A stretch of DNA of 63,184 nt from Phycisphaerales bacterium (GCA_030748155.1 JASMMN010000024.1:1-63184); one strand, 5' to 3'. Positions 35,410-47,620 are shown, counted from the first letter of the stretch. Made by a program: numbers and translations. The notes: generated by a model from the letters alone, not told the origin.

Positions 35410-36567
35410 TCAGGATACACCCTTGCCCTCATAGAGTTCGTAGCGGAGCAGCCTGCAGTCAATGTCCGCATTCATGAAAGGGACGCGGCGGGAAGCTCGC
35501 AGGCCCACGGAGGTGGCCCAATCGCGGCTGGTGAAGACGAAACCGCCCCACCCCGGACACGATTGTTTGAAGAAATCACCCATCCGCCGATAGGTTCCAG
35601 CAAGCTCGTCACCACCCAGCCGCTGGCCGTACTCGCCATGCAGAAGAATAATTCCCGGCTGATCTGGCAGCGGCGTGTCGGCAAAGTCACAGACCCGAAA
35701 GTCAATCAAGTGTTCCACACCCGCCGTGATGGCGTTTCGCCGCGACGCCTCCACCGCTTCCTGATCAATGTCGGTCGCGATGATGGGTGGACACGGGCGG
35801 GCATGCCGCAACTTCTTTGCGGCAAGGCGAGCCTGCCCCCAAGCCGTTTCGTCGAAAGTCAACAGGTGCATGAATCCAAAGTTGCCACGCAGAAGACCCG
35901 GCACGCGGCCCGTCGCGATGAGAGCAGCCTCGATGGCGATCGTGCCACTTCCGCACATCGGAATGACAAGAGGTTGCGAGGCGTCATACCCCGTTTCCAT
36001 GAGGACGGCCGCGGCAAGCGATTCCCGCATGGGGGCTCTCGTTGGAATACGGCGATACCCGCGATCGCTCAACTTTCGCCCCGATGTATCGAGGTAGATG
36101 CGGCAGCGATCGTCGTTCCAGTACATGTGCACAACCGCGCGATCGCTTCTGGGTCCCGAATCAGGACGGCGTCCCGCGACGCTGTTGATGCGATCGACAA
36201 TCGCGTCTTTGAGCCTGACATTCGGAAACATCGAGTTGGTGATTGTGTCGTTGCTCACTGTGGAAGTGACTGAGACATATCCGTCGGATGCGATTACTCG
36301 CTCCCACGGAAGACGAACCGCACCCTCGTACATCGCCTCGGCATCGCGAGCTCGAACATCCGCAAATCGCTGCAACACATGCAGCGCGGTTCGCAGTCGC
36401 AGGTTCAGCATCATGGCATCCGCCATGGTGCCGCGGATTTCCACGCCCGTGCGATCAGTCGATTCGGGGTCGAACCCAAGCGACCGCACTTCCTCCTCCA
36501 CATAGGGACCCAGAGTCGGCGGACAGGTCAGCCGCAGCAAACGAGGTGGATCGCTTGGCTCGCTCAC
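35410..36567 (-). CDS. THUMP-domain RNA methyltransferase (mirror copy)
   Basis: Exact mirror of 26618..27775. Confidence 0.75.
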   Translation of the reverse strand: MSEPSDPPRLLRLTCPPTLGPYVEEEVRSLGFDPESTDRTGVEIRGTMADAMMLNLRLRTALHVLQRFADVRARDAEAMYEGAVRLPWERVIASDGYVSVTSTVSNDTITNSMFPNVRLKDAIVDRINSVAGRRPDSGPRSDRAVVHMYWNDDRCRIYLDTSGRKLSDRGYRRIPTRAPMRESLAAAVLMETGYDASQPLVIPMCGSGTIAIEAALIATGRVPGLLRGNFGFMHLLTFDETAWGQARLAAKKLRHARPCPPIIATDIDQEAVEASRRNAITAGVEHLIDFRVCDFADTPLPDQPGIILLHGEYGQRLGGDELAGTYRRMGDFFKQSCPGWGGFVFTSRDWATSVGLRASRRVPFMNADIDCRLLRYELYEGKGVS

Positions 36568-37379
36568 ACGCGTTCCAGCACTTCCGCCACGCGATTAGCC
36601 GCCTGATGCATACTGGCCTCGTCGATCGTGTGGTACGTCAGGAACTGCAAACTCGTCTCTCCGAGGTGCCTCGCAACCGGCAGACGATCCGCCGGGACAA
36701 AGCCGGCATCGGCAAACGCCTGTTCGCGGTAGATCTCTGGACACGGTCCCTGAAAGCATGGCACACCCGCCTCATGCATCTGCTCGAGAATGCGATCGCG
36801 TTCCTCGCGGTTCTCGGCGAAGCAGTGATAGCGATACCACGCATGATCGATCCGCTCGCTGGGCCACGGCGATCGAAAACTACCGCCGCTCGTGACGGCG
36901 TCGTGCAGCAACCTGGCGTTGCGGCCATTGATCTGCGCCCAACCAGTAATACCGGGGCGGACCTCATGGCGGCGAACCTGCTCCTTCGAGTAGAGCGGCA
37001 AGTACTCGACCAAGAGCGGTCGCGGCCCGACCAAACTCATGTCGCCACGCAGCACATTCCACAACTCGGGGAGTTCATCGAGGCTCGCAAGTCGCATGAT
37101 GCTGCCAAGTGGAGTAAGCCGCCCCGAATCCGTCTCAGGATCGACTGTTGATGCACTTCCCAGCCGCATCGTGCGGAACTTCATGAGCCGAAAGACCCGG
37201 CCACTGCGGCCGGGACGCTCCTGAACAAACAGGATCGGCAGGCCCATGGTCAAGAAGATCAGGAGGCTGAGCAGCACAAACAGCGGCGATAGCAGCAGCA
37301 TCGCGACCGCCGACACCACGATGTCAAATAGCCGTTTCACTACCGCACCGTATGGCAAACGCTCCCCCGGGACAACCAC
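36564..37379 (-). CDS. Sugar transferase / aminotransferase-remnant chimera (mirror copy)
   Basis: Exact mirror of 25806..26621. Confidence 0.7.
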   Translation of the reverse strand: MVVPGERLPYGAVVKRLFDIVVSAVAMLLLSPLFVLLSLLIFLTMGLPILFVQERPGRSGRVFRLMKFRTMRLGSASTVDPETDSGRLTPLGSIMRLASLDELPELWNVLRGDMSLVGPRPLLVEYLPLYSKEQVRRHEVRPGITGWAQINGRNARLLHDAVTSGGSFRSPWPSERIDHAWYRYHCFAENREERDRILEQMHEAGVPCFQGPCPEIYREQAFADAGFVPADRLPVARHLGETSLQFLTYHTIDEASMHQAANRVAEVLERV

Positions 37380-37401
37380 CGGGAAATCTCCTGCAGGAGG
37401 A

Positions 37402-37509
37402 TCACTTCGCACGCCATGCGAAGAAATACAGAACGCTGATGAGGAGCATGGGCATGCGGAGCAGCCAGGGGGCGAAGACGGCGGCGGGGGCATTGTGGTG
37501 TCCTGTCAT
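37402..37509 (-). CDS. Possible 35-aa single-TM peptide (mirror copy)
   Basis: Exact mirror of 25676..25783. Confidence 0.25.
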   Translation of the reverse strand: MTGHHNAPAAVFAPWLLRMPMLLISVLYFFAWRAK

Positions 37510-37744
37510 GGTGCATTGTTCTCCAAGAGATCGAGCATCAGTGCAAGTGGCAAGCGATTGTGCCTGCCTGCAGTGAGTTGGACACGACGCATGCGTGGTC
37601 CGCTGTTGGAGACCCCCAGAGACTCCATGACCGCCTCTGCATCAGGACAACGAAGAGACGCTGTCCTGGATCCGAAGGAAGGCGAGCCATGCGTGCACCC
37701 ACAGGGAGTGCTCTCCGCTGCACCCTCTCGGTGGAGGGGGCCGG

Positions 37745-38377
37745 TCAACTGTCATTTCTTCCCCGAGGCCGGCATCGCTCTCCCAAAGCCTTATACAGCG
37801 CCATGGTGTCTACATCCATGGTTGTGGCGGGGTCATCGACCTCGATTCGGCGAAGTTGATCGCTGTGCAAATTCCAGTAACCGCGAAGTCCATCACGGCC
37901 GTCATGGCCGAGGATCTCCTCGCACATCCCGGGGGGAATGAGTACGGGGTGACCACCGCGATCACCGCACTGCGGCACGAGAGCATGATGTGGGGTTGTG
38001 CTGGACTCATCGAGCATGCGTTGCACCGTATTCTGCTGCACAGCGGGAAGATCGGCTGGATGAAGCAGCACTACAGAATCAGTATGCTCCGCTGCGATCG
38101 CCCGAAGTCCACGTCGAATCGAATCGAACATGGGTGCATCGGCGTCGCCGTGCACCATGGAAAACACCCGCGGAGCGAGCGCCGCGGTGATGGCGTCGGC
38201 GTCGTGATCAAGCACGACGAACATCGCCGCGCAGAATGGCGCGAGCAGATCGTACGATGCTTCGATCATGGTCCGCTCACTACCGGGGGGCCACGGAAGC
38301 AACTGTTTGGTCTGTGTGCCCAGACGTTTGCTTCGACCGGCGGCCAGAAGAAGACCGATTGGGCGAGGCGAACTCAC
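37745..38377 (-). CDS. MobA/MocA-like nucleotidyltransferase (mirror copy)
   Basis: Exact mirror of 24808..25440. Confidence 0.75.
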   Translation of the reverse strand: MSSPRPIGLLLAAGRSKRLGTQTKQLLPWPPGSERTMIEASYDLLAPFCAAMFVVLDHDADAITAALAPRVFSMVHGDADAPMFDSIRRGLRAIAAEHTDSVVLLHPADLPAVQQNTVQRMLDESSTTPHHALVPQCGDRGGHPVLIPPGMCEEILGHDGRDGLRGYWNLHSDQLRRIEVDDPATTMDVDTMALYKALGERCRPRGRNDS

Positions 38378-39312
38378 CGAGAAACATCCAGATGGGGTCC
38401 ATCCACGCTGACTCGCCCCCGCTGCTCGCGGACCTGCACGAGTTCGGCTGCAATCGAGAGAGCGATTTCTTCGCCACTCACCGAACCGATGTCCAAGCCA
38501 ATCGGGGCGTTGACTGCGTCGAGGGCGTCTTCGCTCACACCACGATCCAGCAATTCCCGCCGAACGAGCAGCACCTTCCGCTTGCTGCCGATCATGCCGA
38601 CGTAACGGGCGCCGCGATCGATGACGGCGGCCAGGGCCTGCGCGTCGTGCCGATGGCCTCGTGTGACAATCACGCAGAACGTCTCGGCGTCGATGTCCGC
38701 AGTAGCGAGCATCTCCGCCATCTCACCCGGTGCCTGATGGCATCCTTCTGGCGCGAAACTCTCGAGCAGGTCGGCGCGATCATCAAAGAGTGTCGTCTCG
38801 AAGTCAAGCCGCAGACCATGCCGCGCCACCGCCTGCCCAATGTGGCCGCCACCTGCAATCAACAGCCGAGGCTGCGGGGGGATGTGCAAGTCGTAGCGAG
38901 CCGGGTCGTTATCAATCCGCACGAAGACGGGAAGCCGGGTATCCACTCGACCACAAACCGCCTGTTCGATGGAGCTGAGTTCATCGGTCTCTGGCAGGGT
39001 GCCGATGGCAACGAAGAGCGTTCCCCCGCAGATCAATCCGTCATCCCATCCATAGTCGTGGTCAAGGGTGAAGTCGTGGACCCCAGTCGTGCCTGAGAGC
39101 AGCATTGCCATGGCCCGGCGGGTCAACTCGGCCTCGACGCAGCCCCCGCCGATGGTTCCGAAAGTGGTTCCTGAGTGATCGACGAGCATCATTGCACCCG
39201 CTTGCTGGGGAGTCGATCCGCGGGCCCCCACCACGAGACAGGCTCGCATGGGGCCACCTTCGGACCGCATGGCGACGGCTCTTGACAAGACTTGCGCAAA
39301 CTGACCATTCAC
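38374..39312 (-). CDS. XdhC/CoxI-family maturation protein (mirror copy)
   Basis: Exact mirror of 23873..24811. Confidence 0.8.
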   Translation of the reverse strand: MNGQFAQVLSRAVAMRSEGGPMRACLVVGARGSTPQQAGAMMLVDHSGTTFGTIGGGCVEAELTRRAMAMLLSGTTGVHDFTLDHDYGWDDGLICGGTLFVAIGTLPETDELSSIEQAVCGRVDTRLPVFVRIDNDPARYDLHIPPQPRLLIAGGGHIGQAVARHGLRLDFETTLFDDRADLLESFAPEGCHQAPGEMAEMLATADIDAETFCVIVTRGHRHDAQALAAVIDRGARYVGMIGSKRKVLLVRRELLDRGVSEDALDAVNAPIGLDIGSVSGEEIALSIAAELVQVREQRGRVSVDGPHLDVSR

Positions 39313-39428
39313 CTTCGAAACACTCCTGCAAGTACCGGGGCTGACACAGCGTACCGCCGCAGCAGAGAACTGTATTATGACACGCATATCCTGATTCGTG
39401 AAGACTCCGCACACAAGGCATTCCCCCG

Positions 39429-40610
39429 ATGACCACCGCAGCAACCGCCGTCTCGCCCAGCGCCATGGACTTCTTCTGCGTTCACCACCTGCTCGACGAA
39501 GACGAACAGGCCATTCAGGACGCGGTCGCTCGCTTTGTTGATGATCGCGTGATCCCCGTGGTGGCCGATGCCTTCGAAGAAGGTCGCTTCCCGAAAGAAC
39601 TCGTCCCCGAGATTGCCGAAATGGGATTGCTCGGATGCAATATCGACGGGTACGACTGTGGCGGGTTGAGCCATGTCTGCTATGGACTGGTCAATCAGGA
39701 ACTCGAGCGTGGTGATGCTGGCATTCGCAGTTTCGTCTCAGTGCAGGGCAGCCTGTGCATGTATCCGATCTTCACCTACGGCACCGAAGAACAGAAGCAG
39801 CGGTGGTTGCCAGCGATGGCGCGGGGTGAAGCCATTGGCTGTTTCGGGTTGACCGAATCGAACGGCGGCTCGGACCCGGGTGCCATGACGACGACCGCCA
39901 CACGCGATGGAGACGATTGGATTCTCAATGGGTCCAAGATGTGGATCACCAACGGAACGATCGCCGATGTCGCGGTCGTCTGGGCGGCAACCGATGAAGG
40001 AATTCGCGGCTTCCTTGTCGAGAAGGACATGGCGGGCTACCGCACTCGAGACATCGAACACAAGTTCTCGCTACGGGCGTCCATTACCAGTGAACTCTTC
40101 TTCGACGATGTCCGCGTGCCAAATGCGAACATGTTCCCAGAAATTCACGGGCTTCGTGGCCCATTGAGTTGCCTCACTCAGGCACGATACGGGATTGCGT
40201 GGGGCGTGCTCGGCGCCGCGCAAGCCTGCTTCAAGGAGGTCTTGGAGTACACCAAGGTTCGAGAGCTCTTCGGCCGTCCGCTCTCACACACACAGACCAT
40301 TCAGCTTCGGCTCGCGGACATGGCCCGTCGCATCACGACCGGGCAACTGCTCGCTCTGCAGCTTGGCCGCATGAAGGATGCCGGCACGGTGCACCACAGC
40401 CAAGTTTCGATGGCCAAGTGGAACAACACCCGGCTCGCCATCGACATCGCCCGCGACGCCCGGGACATGCTCGGTGCCAGCGGCATCAGCGTTGAGTTTT
40501 GCCCGATTCGCCACATGCTCAACCTCGAGAGCGAGATTACCTACGAGGGAACCGAGACAGTCCACGAGCTGGTCGTCGGTCGAGAACTCACCGGGCACGC
40601 GGCGTTCTAG
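39429..40610 (+). CDS. gcdH: Glutaryl-CoA dehydrogenase (mirror copy)
   Basis: Exact mirror of 22575..23756. Confidence 0.85.
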   Translation: MTTAATAVSPSAMDFFCVHHLLDEDEQAIQDAVARFVDDRVIPVVADAFEEGRFPKELVPEIAEMGLLGCNIDGYDCGGLSHVCYGLVNQELERGDAGIRSFVSVQGSLCMYPIFTYGTEEQKQRWLPAMARGEAIGCFGLTESNGGSDPGAMTTTATRDGDDWILNGSKMWITNGTIADVAVVWAATDEGIRGFLVEKDMAGYRTRDIEHKFSLRASITSELFFDDVRVPNANMFPEIHGLRGPLSCLTQARYGIAWGVLGAAQACFKEVLEYTKVRELFGRPLSHTQTIQLRLADMARRITTGQLLALQLGRMKDAGTVHHSQVSMAKWNNTRLAIDIARDARDMLGASGISVEFCPIRHMLNLESEITYEGTETVHELVVGRELTGHAAF

Positions 40611-40719
40611 TTGTTCGCGGCTTCGCTGACATTTTCCTCCCGGGGGGGAGAGAGAAATCTGGACGCGCTTGATTGCATGCCTTCCTGCCTCTCCATGAAG
40701 AAGAGGAGACGAGCAACGC

Positions 40720-40992
40720 TCAGCGAGTTCTTCGTGTGTAGATAATCACAAAGCCTTGACACCCCGCCACCGCGCAGGTCTTGCAGTCGTCACCGAAATC
40801 GGAGTCTTCGAGTGTCTTGGCGAACACTTCGAAGCCGAGTGATTCGTACAACTCAGTCGCTTCCTTGGCGCGGTTGGGATCGACCAGTTGGCGGCGTTCC
40901 CATCCGTCAGCGACCAGCGCGGGGTCGTCGTTGATGGAAAAGGAGTCTCCACCGCCCTCGCCGCATCCGCCGATGGTCAAGTCAACCCGCAT
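40720..40992 (-). CDS. Hypothetical 90-aa four-Cys protein (mirror copy)
   Basis: Exact mirror of 22193..22465. Confidence 0.5.
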   Translation of the reverse strand: MRVDLTIGGCGEGGGDSFSINDDPALVADGWERRQLVDPNRAKEATELYESLGFEVFAKTLEDSDFGDDCKTCAVAGCQGFVIIYTRRTR

Positions 40993-41813
40993 CAGCCAGC
41001 CGGAACGGCCATTTCCTCTTCAGCGAGTTTCGCGAGGCGGCGGTGCCCGAGGATTGCGGCACCGAGCGATGTGGTGAACATGCACATCTCGCCTTCCGGA
41101 ACATTGACCTCATGGTCGAGTTGCCGCGTCACTTCTCCAGGAACGGTGCTGAAGTGCATGATGCCACCAATGAGCGTGAATTCGGGTTCGGCCTTCACCC
41201 GCTTCATGAGTTGTACGCACCGAACAACCAGCGACTCGATAGCGCCCTGCATGATGTCCGCAGGAGGCGTACCAAGTGACAACTGGTTGATGACCTCGGA
41301 CTCAGCGAAGACTGCGCACACGCCTGAGATCTCCGCCGGATCCTTGGCGGTACTCAGCAGCGGGCCGATCTCCTTTGTTCCATATCCCATGTAGCGGGCA
41401 GTTTTCTCAAGGAAGGCCCCGGTACCGGCCGCGCACTTGTCGTTGAGTCGAAAGGACTTCACCTTGCCGTCCTCCTCGATCCGAATCGCCTTCATGGTCT
41501 GGCCGCCTACATCCAGAACGGTACGGGTGCCCGGGAACAATCGGATTGCGCCACGAGCGCTCGCTGTCAAGTCGGTCACATGGATGTCCTTGACCACACA
41601 GCGATGCCGTCCGATTCCGGTGGAAACGGTGTAGTCGATGTCATCCTGTGCAAGCCCGGCCTTCTCGATGCACGCCTGCCAGGCATCGGTTGACACCTTG
41701 TCGAGTTTGAAACCGGTGTGGCGGACGTCAGTGGAAAGGATAGAACCCTGATCGTCAACGGCGATCGCCTTGGTATAGGTTGAACCGACGTCGATTCCAA
41801 TGGTGATACTCAT
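40992..41813 (-). CDS. Benzoyl-CoA reductase-type ATPase subunit, 273 aa (mirror copy)
   Basis: Exact mirror of 21372..22193. Confidence 0.85.
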   Translation of the reverse strand: MSITIGIDVGSTYTKAIAVDDQGSILSTDVRHTGFKLDKVSTDAWQACIEKAGLAQDDIDYTVSTGIGRHRCVVKDIHVTDLTASARGAIRLFPGTRTVLDVGGQTMKAIRIEEDGKVKSFRLNDKCAAGTGAFLEKTARYMGYGTKEIGPLLSTAKDPAEISGVCAVFAESEVINQLSLGTPPADIMQGAIESLVVRCVQLMKRVKAEPEFTLIGGIMHFSTVPGEVTRQLDHEVNVPEGEMCMFTTSLGAAILGHRRLAKLAEEEMAVPAG

Positions 41814-42628
41814 TGTGCTGCCTCCGCACTGGCGTGGGGTTGCCGAGATGCAATGATGCGATCCATGGCGAAGAGCGCCGCCCCGAGCGCCCCCATGTAA
41901 TGTGAATCGTCGCTGATATTCAGTTTCTTGCCGAGCCGCTCTTCGAGTGCCTTGACCATGGCGATGTTTCGGGTCACGCCGCCGGTGAAAGTGATCTCGT
42001 CCTGAATACCGACTCGACGCATGAGACCCGCCGATCGCGTGGCGATGGATTCATGCACACCCCAGAGGATGTCCTCGACCTTCTTGCCCTTGCCAAGCCA
42101 CGACAACACTTCGGACTCGGCAAAGACCGTGCAGGTCGTACTGATCTTGACAGGCTTCGTATATCGAAGGGCGGTAGGACCAAGATCGTCAAGCGTCAGA
42201 TCCAAGGCCGCCGCGGCTGCGCCGAGAAATCGGCCGGTGCCGGCGGCGCACTTGTCATTCATGCAGAAGTCTTCGATCTCACCCGTCTCACCGATTCTGA
42301 TGGCCTTGGTGTCTTGACCGCCCATGTCAACGACGGTTCTGGTATTGGGAAACATGTGTACCGCTCCGCGCCCGTGACAACTGATCTCCGTCACCTGATC
42401 GTTGCCGAACGTCACGCGATACCGTCCATAGCCCGTGCCGATCACATACTCGACCTCCTCGTTGGCGATGTCGGATTCCTTGAGCGCCTTTTCGAAGACG
42501 TTCTCGGCTGCGGCCACCACATTTGATCCGGTATCGATCAGCGCCGTAGCAACAATCTTGCGATCTTCATCGACAATGGCCGCCTTGGTCTGCGTCGATC
42601 CAACATCCACTCCTGCTGCGTAGGCCAT
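41810..42628 (-). CDS. Benzoyl-CoA reductase-type ATPase subunit, 272 aa (mirror copy)
   Basis: Exact mirror of 20557..21375. Confidence 0.85.
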   Translation of the reverse strand: MAYAAGVDVGSTQTKAAIVDEDRKIVATALIDTGSNVVAAAENVFEKALKESDIANEEVEYVIGTGYGRYRVTFGNDQVTEISCHGRGAVHMFPNTRTVVDMGGQDTKAIRIGETGEIEDFCMNDKCAAGTGRFLGAAAAALDLTLDDLGPTALRYTKPVKISTTCTVFAESEVLSWLGKGKKVEDILWGVHESIATRSAGLMRRVGIQDEITFTGGVTRNIAMVKALEERLGKKLNISDDSHYMGALGAALFAMDRIIASRQPHASAEAAQ

Positions 42629-42631
42629 GAA

Positions 42632-43942
42632 TCAGTTCTCCTTGCCCGCAATCGCGGCCTTCTGTTTGCGCGACGCCAGGCCCTCAAAGAAAGCGTCGAC
42701 TCTGTTCTTCATCTGTGCTTCGGAAATCACCCGCGAATCCATCATGTCCGACTCGACAAAGAGGCTCGGGATGTCCTTCTTCGCGGCAAAATACCCCCGG
42801 CTGTCCGCAAGGCCCGTCGAGACCGTACGGCAACTCTTGATTGGGTGGTAGACGACGCCATCGACCGCATAGTCGTCCACCATGTCCACGAGCATCCGAT
42901 CCTGATGAAACATGCTGTCCATCGCGTCGCGCACATTGATGAGCGTACCCTCCGCCATGCTCTCAAGCGGTTTCGCCAAGTCGTACTCAAAGCCGAGATT
43001 CGTGCCGCCCGATGCGAACCACAGATACGTGGAGTTGATGAACGAACCACCCCACTCACTGAAGAGTTCGTTGAATCTCCGGAAGATCGGATAGCACGGC
43101 ACGCCGATGAAGACGAGCCGGTAAATCTCCTCGGCAAGCGCGCCGATGCCGTTGGTGGCCTTGTACTCCATCTCCTCGACCAGATCGTTGAAGTAATCGG
43201 CACCCTCCCTGGTTCCACGGAAGCCGTTGGCCACGCCAAGGAAGATCGTGCCGTCCGTCAACGCGTTGAAGGGTGCGGGCCGGGCCTTATTGGCCTCGAT
43301 GACCCGCCTCCAACCGACGCTCATGGTGTTGGCGTGACGGAGAATCTCCCGGAACTTGTCGATGTCGAACTTCTTGCCGGTGACCTGTTCGCACAGCGTG
43401 ATGAGTTCCGATATCTGCTTCTGGACGTATCGCCTGTCGTTTTCGAAATCCTGATCGCCTGGCCAAGACTGCGTTCCCGCCTGTCGAGTTCCAGGTACAT
43501 CGAGTGTGAACATCGGACACCCGTGCATCCGCTCCCATATCTCGGCCCACTTCACGTAGGTGTTGCAGGCGTTGGTCAGTACGGCGATGCTCGGCTTGGG
43601 AATACGGCCCATGGGATGCTCACCGCCACGGAGTTGCACACTCACGTCGGCTTTGACGTATCCGCAGATGTCGGGGGAGTAGCCGTAGTCCTCGGCCTCA
43701 CTCAGAAAGTCGCCTGCAACACGGCGAACGGCCGTCTGCAACGAGTTGATCTCGGGGAATACGACGGGCAAGTCGAAGGTCTTGAGGATTTCATTCATGC
43801 TGCCCATCACGAACACATAGGCGGACTGTTCACCTTTCTCCGCCGTCTCGCCGAGTTCTGTGAACCAGTCTCGGAACAACTGCGCGCCGTCACGGTTTCC
43901 GCGTCCAACAATGTCGCATGTGCTTGGTGTTTCGGTAGTCAT
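42632..43942 (-). CDS. BcrB/BadE/BzdO-like subunit (mirror copy)
   Basis: Exact mirror of 19243..20553. Confidence 0.8.
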   Translation of the reverse strand: MTTETPSTCDIVGRGNRDGAQLFRDWFTELGETAEKGEQSAYVFVMGSMNEILKTFDLPVVFPEINSLQTAVRRVAGDFLSEAEDYGYSPDICGYVKADVSVQLRGGEHPMGRIPKPSIAVLTNACNTYVKWAEIWERMHGCPMFTLDVPGTRQAGTQSWPGDQDFENDRRYVQKQISELITLCEQVTGKKFDIDKFREILRHANTMSVGWRRVIEANKARPAPFNALTDGTIFLGVANGFRGTREGADYFNDLVEEMEYKATNGIGALAEEIYRLVFIGVPCYPIFRRFNELFSEWGGSFINSTYLWFASGGTNLGFEYDLAKPLESMAEGTLINVRDAMDSMFHQDRMLVDMVDDYAVDGVVYHPIKSCRTVSTGLADSRGYFAAKKDIPSLFVESDMMDSRVISEAQMKNRVDAFFEGLASRKQKAAIAGKEN

Positions 43943-43961
43943 CTGATTGGTGCTCCCGCCA

Positions 43962-45122
43962 TCAGGCAAAGAGGATGTTCTCCAGGAATGTCTCAATCTG
44001 GAGTTCAAGTTGATCGAACGAACTCATGTTCTCTTCGAATTCACTGACGAAGTACGGGATTTTCTCGTCATCGAGCATGTGGATATAGGCGACTTGCTCC
44101 TCAAGCCCCGGCTCGCACATCTTGGCAGCCGCCACGATGGCGGCGTCTGCCCGCGACTCCTTGATCCGTTGCAGGAGCATGTCCTCCTTGGGCTTGCGGT
44201 TGTCATGCTGTACCGGGCTGTAACTGGATTGTTCGATGTACGCCTCTGACAGGGACAACAGTGGGTTGTCCGTCACCGGCACATCTTCGAGGAGATACCG
44301 CATGCCGATCAAGAAGTCGTCATCGACGACATAGCAGGTGCGACCAAGCATCCGTACAAGGTCGAGCGGCGGCTGCTCGCAGAAGGCGCCCTCAAAAACC
44401 ACGCGAATACGATCCTCTCGCCGCGTCTCCCGCTCCCGAAGCATCGGAAGCACAGACGAAAGCAGATCGTTGTGCTCCTCTCGGGGAATCACGCCGCCGA
44501 TGGCGACAAGGGCGTATGCCTCGTCGGCGGTCACAAGCCAAGGCGCCTCGCGTTTGATCTCGTAGAGTTCCCGCATCAACCGGCGGTTCTCGTTGAACAC
44601 CTCGATTGACACAGAGATCGCCTCGTCGCTCACCTCGTGGCCCACGATTTCTTCGATCAACCGACGCATGCGACCGTATTCCTGAGAAAGCCAGTCCGCC
44701 GAGGCCACCGAGTTTGGATTCTGCGGCAGGTAGAGAATCTGACACGGATAGTCGAAGTTCCGACCGAAGATTGCAGCGAGATTCCGGGCCGCGTCACAGA
44801 TTGGGTGCGACACGAAAATGTCGAGTTCAATGCCGCCTGACAGGGCTGCTTCGAGCGAGGTCTTGATGATCGAGCAGAGGTAGGATCCGAAATGAGAATC
44901 GGCGTTGTTCGGCTCGAGCATCGTCCCGCACATCTTGACGGGCATCATGCCCGCCGCATGTGCGAGTTCCTCTGGGAAATACACTTGAAAGTGTCCGAGC
45001 GTCTTTCCGCCCTGCTCACGCCACCGCTTGATGGTGGGGAACGTCGTGTCCTCTACGAGTTCCCGGCAGTGGTACATGATCTCGTCGAGGGGTTCGCCTC
45101 CCCATTCGTTGAAAACGGTCAT
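43962..45122 (-). CDS. BcrC/BadD/BzdN-like subunit (mirror copy)
   Basis: Exact mirror of 18063..19223. Confidence 0.8.
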   Translation of the reverse strand: MTVFNEWGGEPLDEIMYHCRELVEDTTFPTIKRWREQGGKTLGHFQVYFPEELAHAAGMMPVKMCGTMLEPNNADSHFGSYLCSIIKTSLEAALSGGIELDIFVSHPICDAARNLAAIFGRNFDYPCQILYLPQNPNSVASADWLSQEYGRMRRLIEEIVGHEVSDEAISVSIEVFNENRRLMRELYEIKREAPWLVTADEAYALVAIGGVIPREEHNDLLSSVLPMLRERETRREDRIRVVFEGAFCEQPPLDLVRMLGRTCYVVDDDFLIGMRYLLEDVPVTDNPLLSLSEAYIEQSSYSPVQHDNRKPKEDMLLQRIKESRADAAIVAAAKMCEPGLEEQVAYIHMLDDEKIPYFVSEFEENMSSFDQLELQIETFLENILFA

Positions 45123-47596
45123 GAGCATGACTCCCCGCAGGTGCACTGCGTGCTGTCCTCGGGATAGGTCCAACCCGGCAACTCGGTGCCGATACATGAG
45201 TAATCCATCTTCGGTGGCCTCGCGCCGCGGTCAAGCAACTTCACGAGGCCAGAACGGATGAATGGATTCTTCTCGGGATTGAAGGTCTCGCCGGTCTCGC
45301 GGGCGAGGGCCTCGTCGTCAATACCTCGCTGCAACTCCTTCTTGAAGAGTGCTCGCGAGTAGGGCGCGTCCTTCGCCATCTGGCGGGCTGACTCATACCC
45401 ACGGCGAAGCGCATCGACCTCCTCATCAAAGATGCCGTTTGTGAGCCCGACCTGATAGGCGCGGTCTGCGGTCATGCCGCAGTCAAAGAGTTCGAAGATG
45501 ATCGAGTCGCCCATTCCAAGTCGTTTCAACTCGCCCGCCCCGCCGAAGCCGGGAAGTATGGCGTAGTCGAGCTCGGGTTGGTTGTAGGTGTTCTTCTGCT
45601 GCCACTTGGACACTCGCTCAAGCGTGTCGTACACAAATCCGTATTGGCGAACATCGAAACGCAAATCCGAGAAGTAGGTGAACTCGGCTCCGCCGCCCCA
45701 CTTCTCCCCGAACACGGCAATGGTGGCGAGCGGGCTGGTCTGGATGAGCCGGAAGAGCCCAACGGCATTTTTGCTGGAGGCGGCCGCTTCGATTTCGGTT
45801 AGCGGGGCGTACCCGCGGTCCCGCTCAAACCAGCCGCGATTGAACTCACGGGCGTCGGCTCCGAGCATTCGCATGCCGGTACCCGCAGCGGTAAACACGA
45901 CCGCCCCACACTTGCCCTCACGGTGCAAGTCGAGCGCACGGCGGTAGGCGTGGCCAAGTTGATCGACCGCCGCCCGGTTGAAGACATTGCCTCGCATCGG
46001 TGAGTTGAAGATGATGCTTGCGACGCGATCCTTCGGGTTGGGCCCCACGAACTTCAGGTCCGGATAGCAGGCCACGTAGGTGCCGCTCTTGAGGTCAAGT
46101 TCGGCAACAGGCGTGCAATAGGCCGTTCCGTACCCGAGAAGCCGGTCGATTCCCCGCTTCTTCATTTCATGCAGCAGGCATGGCTTGCCAGTGCGTGGCC
46201 CGATCTTCCCATCGGTATCAAGTAATTCGGTGGCATATGGGTCGTCGGCATTCTCGTCGGCGGCCCTGCGGACCAGTTGCAACAGCCCATCGATGGTGAA
46301 CTCCGCAATCAATGCATCGATCATCTCGATAATGCCTACCTTGAAACGAAGCCCTGCCCGCGTGCAGATATTGATCTGCCCGGGCGTGGCGTAGCCATCC
46401 TGCACAAGGTCGAGCATGTAGAGCGCGATGGGAAGCACGTACCGACGGAAGCACCGTCCGCCGAGATCGTCGGCGTTGGCCACATGGACGATCGAATCGG
46501 CGCTCTTGATTTTTCCGGCCCGGCGATCTCGCTCGGCAGCCTCGTACCACGACCAGTATTCATCGCGGGAGATTCCGCAGATATCAACATAGTCGCCGCT
46601 CTTGGGGTCGAAGACCTGCGCGGGCTTTGATCGCTTGCCCTCGCTCCACCGAAAGAAGCCACTGCCCTCCTTGGAATTCACGCCACCGCAGCCACGTGAC
46701 TCCAATTCAGCAATCCAGTCCGGAATGGCCTTGCCGTCCCGGCTGTAGAGGCACCGCAGACGATCATGTGCCGGGAGCGCCGCGCCGAGATGCCTTGACG
46801 ATTCGGTGTATGGCATGTGACCGGTCTGATCGAGCACGGTGAAGGGGTTGGCCGTGAAGAGATTCCAGACACCGCCGCGAATCACGATGTCGTCACCACT
46901 CTGCACGTCCCACGACACGATGGCGCCCATGCCTTGAAAGATGGGGTCGGTGATGTAGCCGTGGTGATCACGCGGCATCGCGATCACGGTTTTCTCGAGA
47001 ATCTGATCGGCAAAGACAACACCAAAGTCGAAGGTTTCGCGAGAGGCGTACTTCCCCTTCATGACATCGATGAGCCGGTTCGCCTCAAAGGGGAAGTACC
47101 CGTGAACGGTCAGCAGTTTGCTACGAAACACCTCGGATGTGAACAGTACCGCGAGTTCCTCGGTGGTATGCGAGGACGTGTTCGAGAAGATCGCGTCGAC
47201 GGCTTCCGGCGCGACAGTCTCTTCGATAATCGCAAAGATCTTCGACTTTACATCAACCGACTCGGTGACAGCCTCCCAGATGATGTTGCATCCGGCCAGT
47301 TCCGCATAGTCGGTTGTGTAGATGGTCCTCGCTTCCATAGACTCGACATCTTCGGCTCGCAACCGGAAGCCCTGGACATCGCCCTTCCAACGTCCGGAGA
47401 TTGTCTTCTTGGCTCGCCCAAGCGAGGCGTCGTTGATGTCGAGCACTACGACCTCGGCCTCGGTCTTGAGCAGCAGATCGATGACAATGCCCTGGCCCAT
47501 GGTTCCTGCGCCAATCACCGCCACGCGTTTGATGGCATTGACCCGTTTGACAGCGGGGTCAATCGTCTTGTTGCCGTAGTGGAATGCTTGTTTCAT
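45119..47596 (-). CDS. 3-hydroxyacyl-CoA dehydrogenase / enoyl-CoA hydratase fusion (mirror copy)
   Basis: Exact mirror of 15589..18066. Confidence 0.85.
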   Translation of the reverse strand: MKQAFHYGNKTIDPAVKRVNAIKRVAVIGAGTMGQGIVIDLLLKTEAEVVVLDINDASLGRAKKTISGRWKGDVQGFRLRAEDVESMEARTIYTTDYAELAGCNIIWEAVTESVDVKSKIFAIIEETVAPEAVDAIFSNTSSHTTEELAVLFTSEVFRSKLLTVHGYFPFEANRLIDVMKGKYASRETFDFGVVFADQILEKTVIAMPRDHHGYITDPIFQGMGAIVSWDVQSGDDIVIRGGVWNLFTANPFTVLDQTGHMPYTESSRHLGAALPAHDRLRCLYSRDGKAIPDWIAELESRGCGGVNSKEGSGFFRWSEGKRSKPAQVFDPKSGDYVDICGISRDEYWSWYEAAERDRRAGKIKSADSIVHVANADDLGGRCFRRYVLPIALYMLDLVQDGYATPGQINICTRAGLRFKVGIIEMIDALIAEFTIDGLLQLVRRAADENADDPYATELLDTDGKIGPRTGKPCLLHEMKKRGIDRLLGYGTAYCTPVAELDLKSGTYVACYPDLKFVGPNPKDRVASIIFNSPMRGNVFNRAAVDQLGHAYRRALDLHREGKCGAVVFTAAGTGMRMLGADAREFNRGWFERDRGYAPLTEIEAAASSKNAVGLFRLIQTSPLATIAVFGEKWGGGAEFTYFSDLRFDVRQYGFVYDTLERVSKWQQKNTYNQPELDYAILPGFGGAGELKRLGMGDSIIFELFDCGMTADRAYQVGLTNGIFDEEVDALRRGYESARQMAKDAPYSRALFKKELQRGIDDEALARETGETFNPEKNPFIRSGLVKLLDRGARPPKMDYSCIGTELPGWTYPEDSTQCTCGESCS

Positions 47597-47620
47597 GGCT
47601 TGCTTCCGTGTAATTGGGAC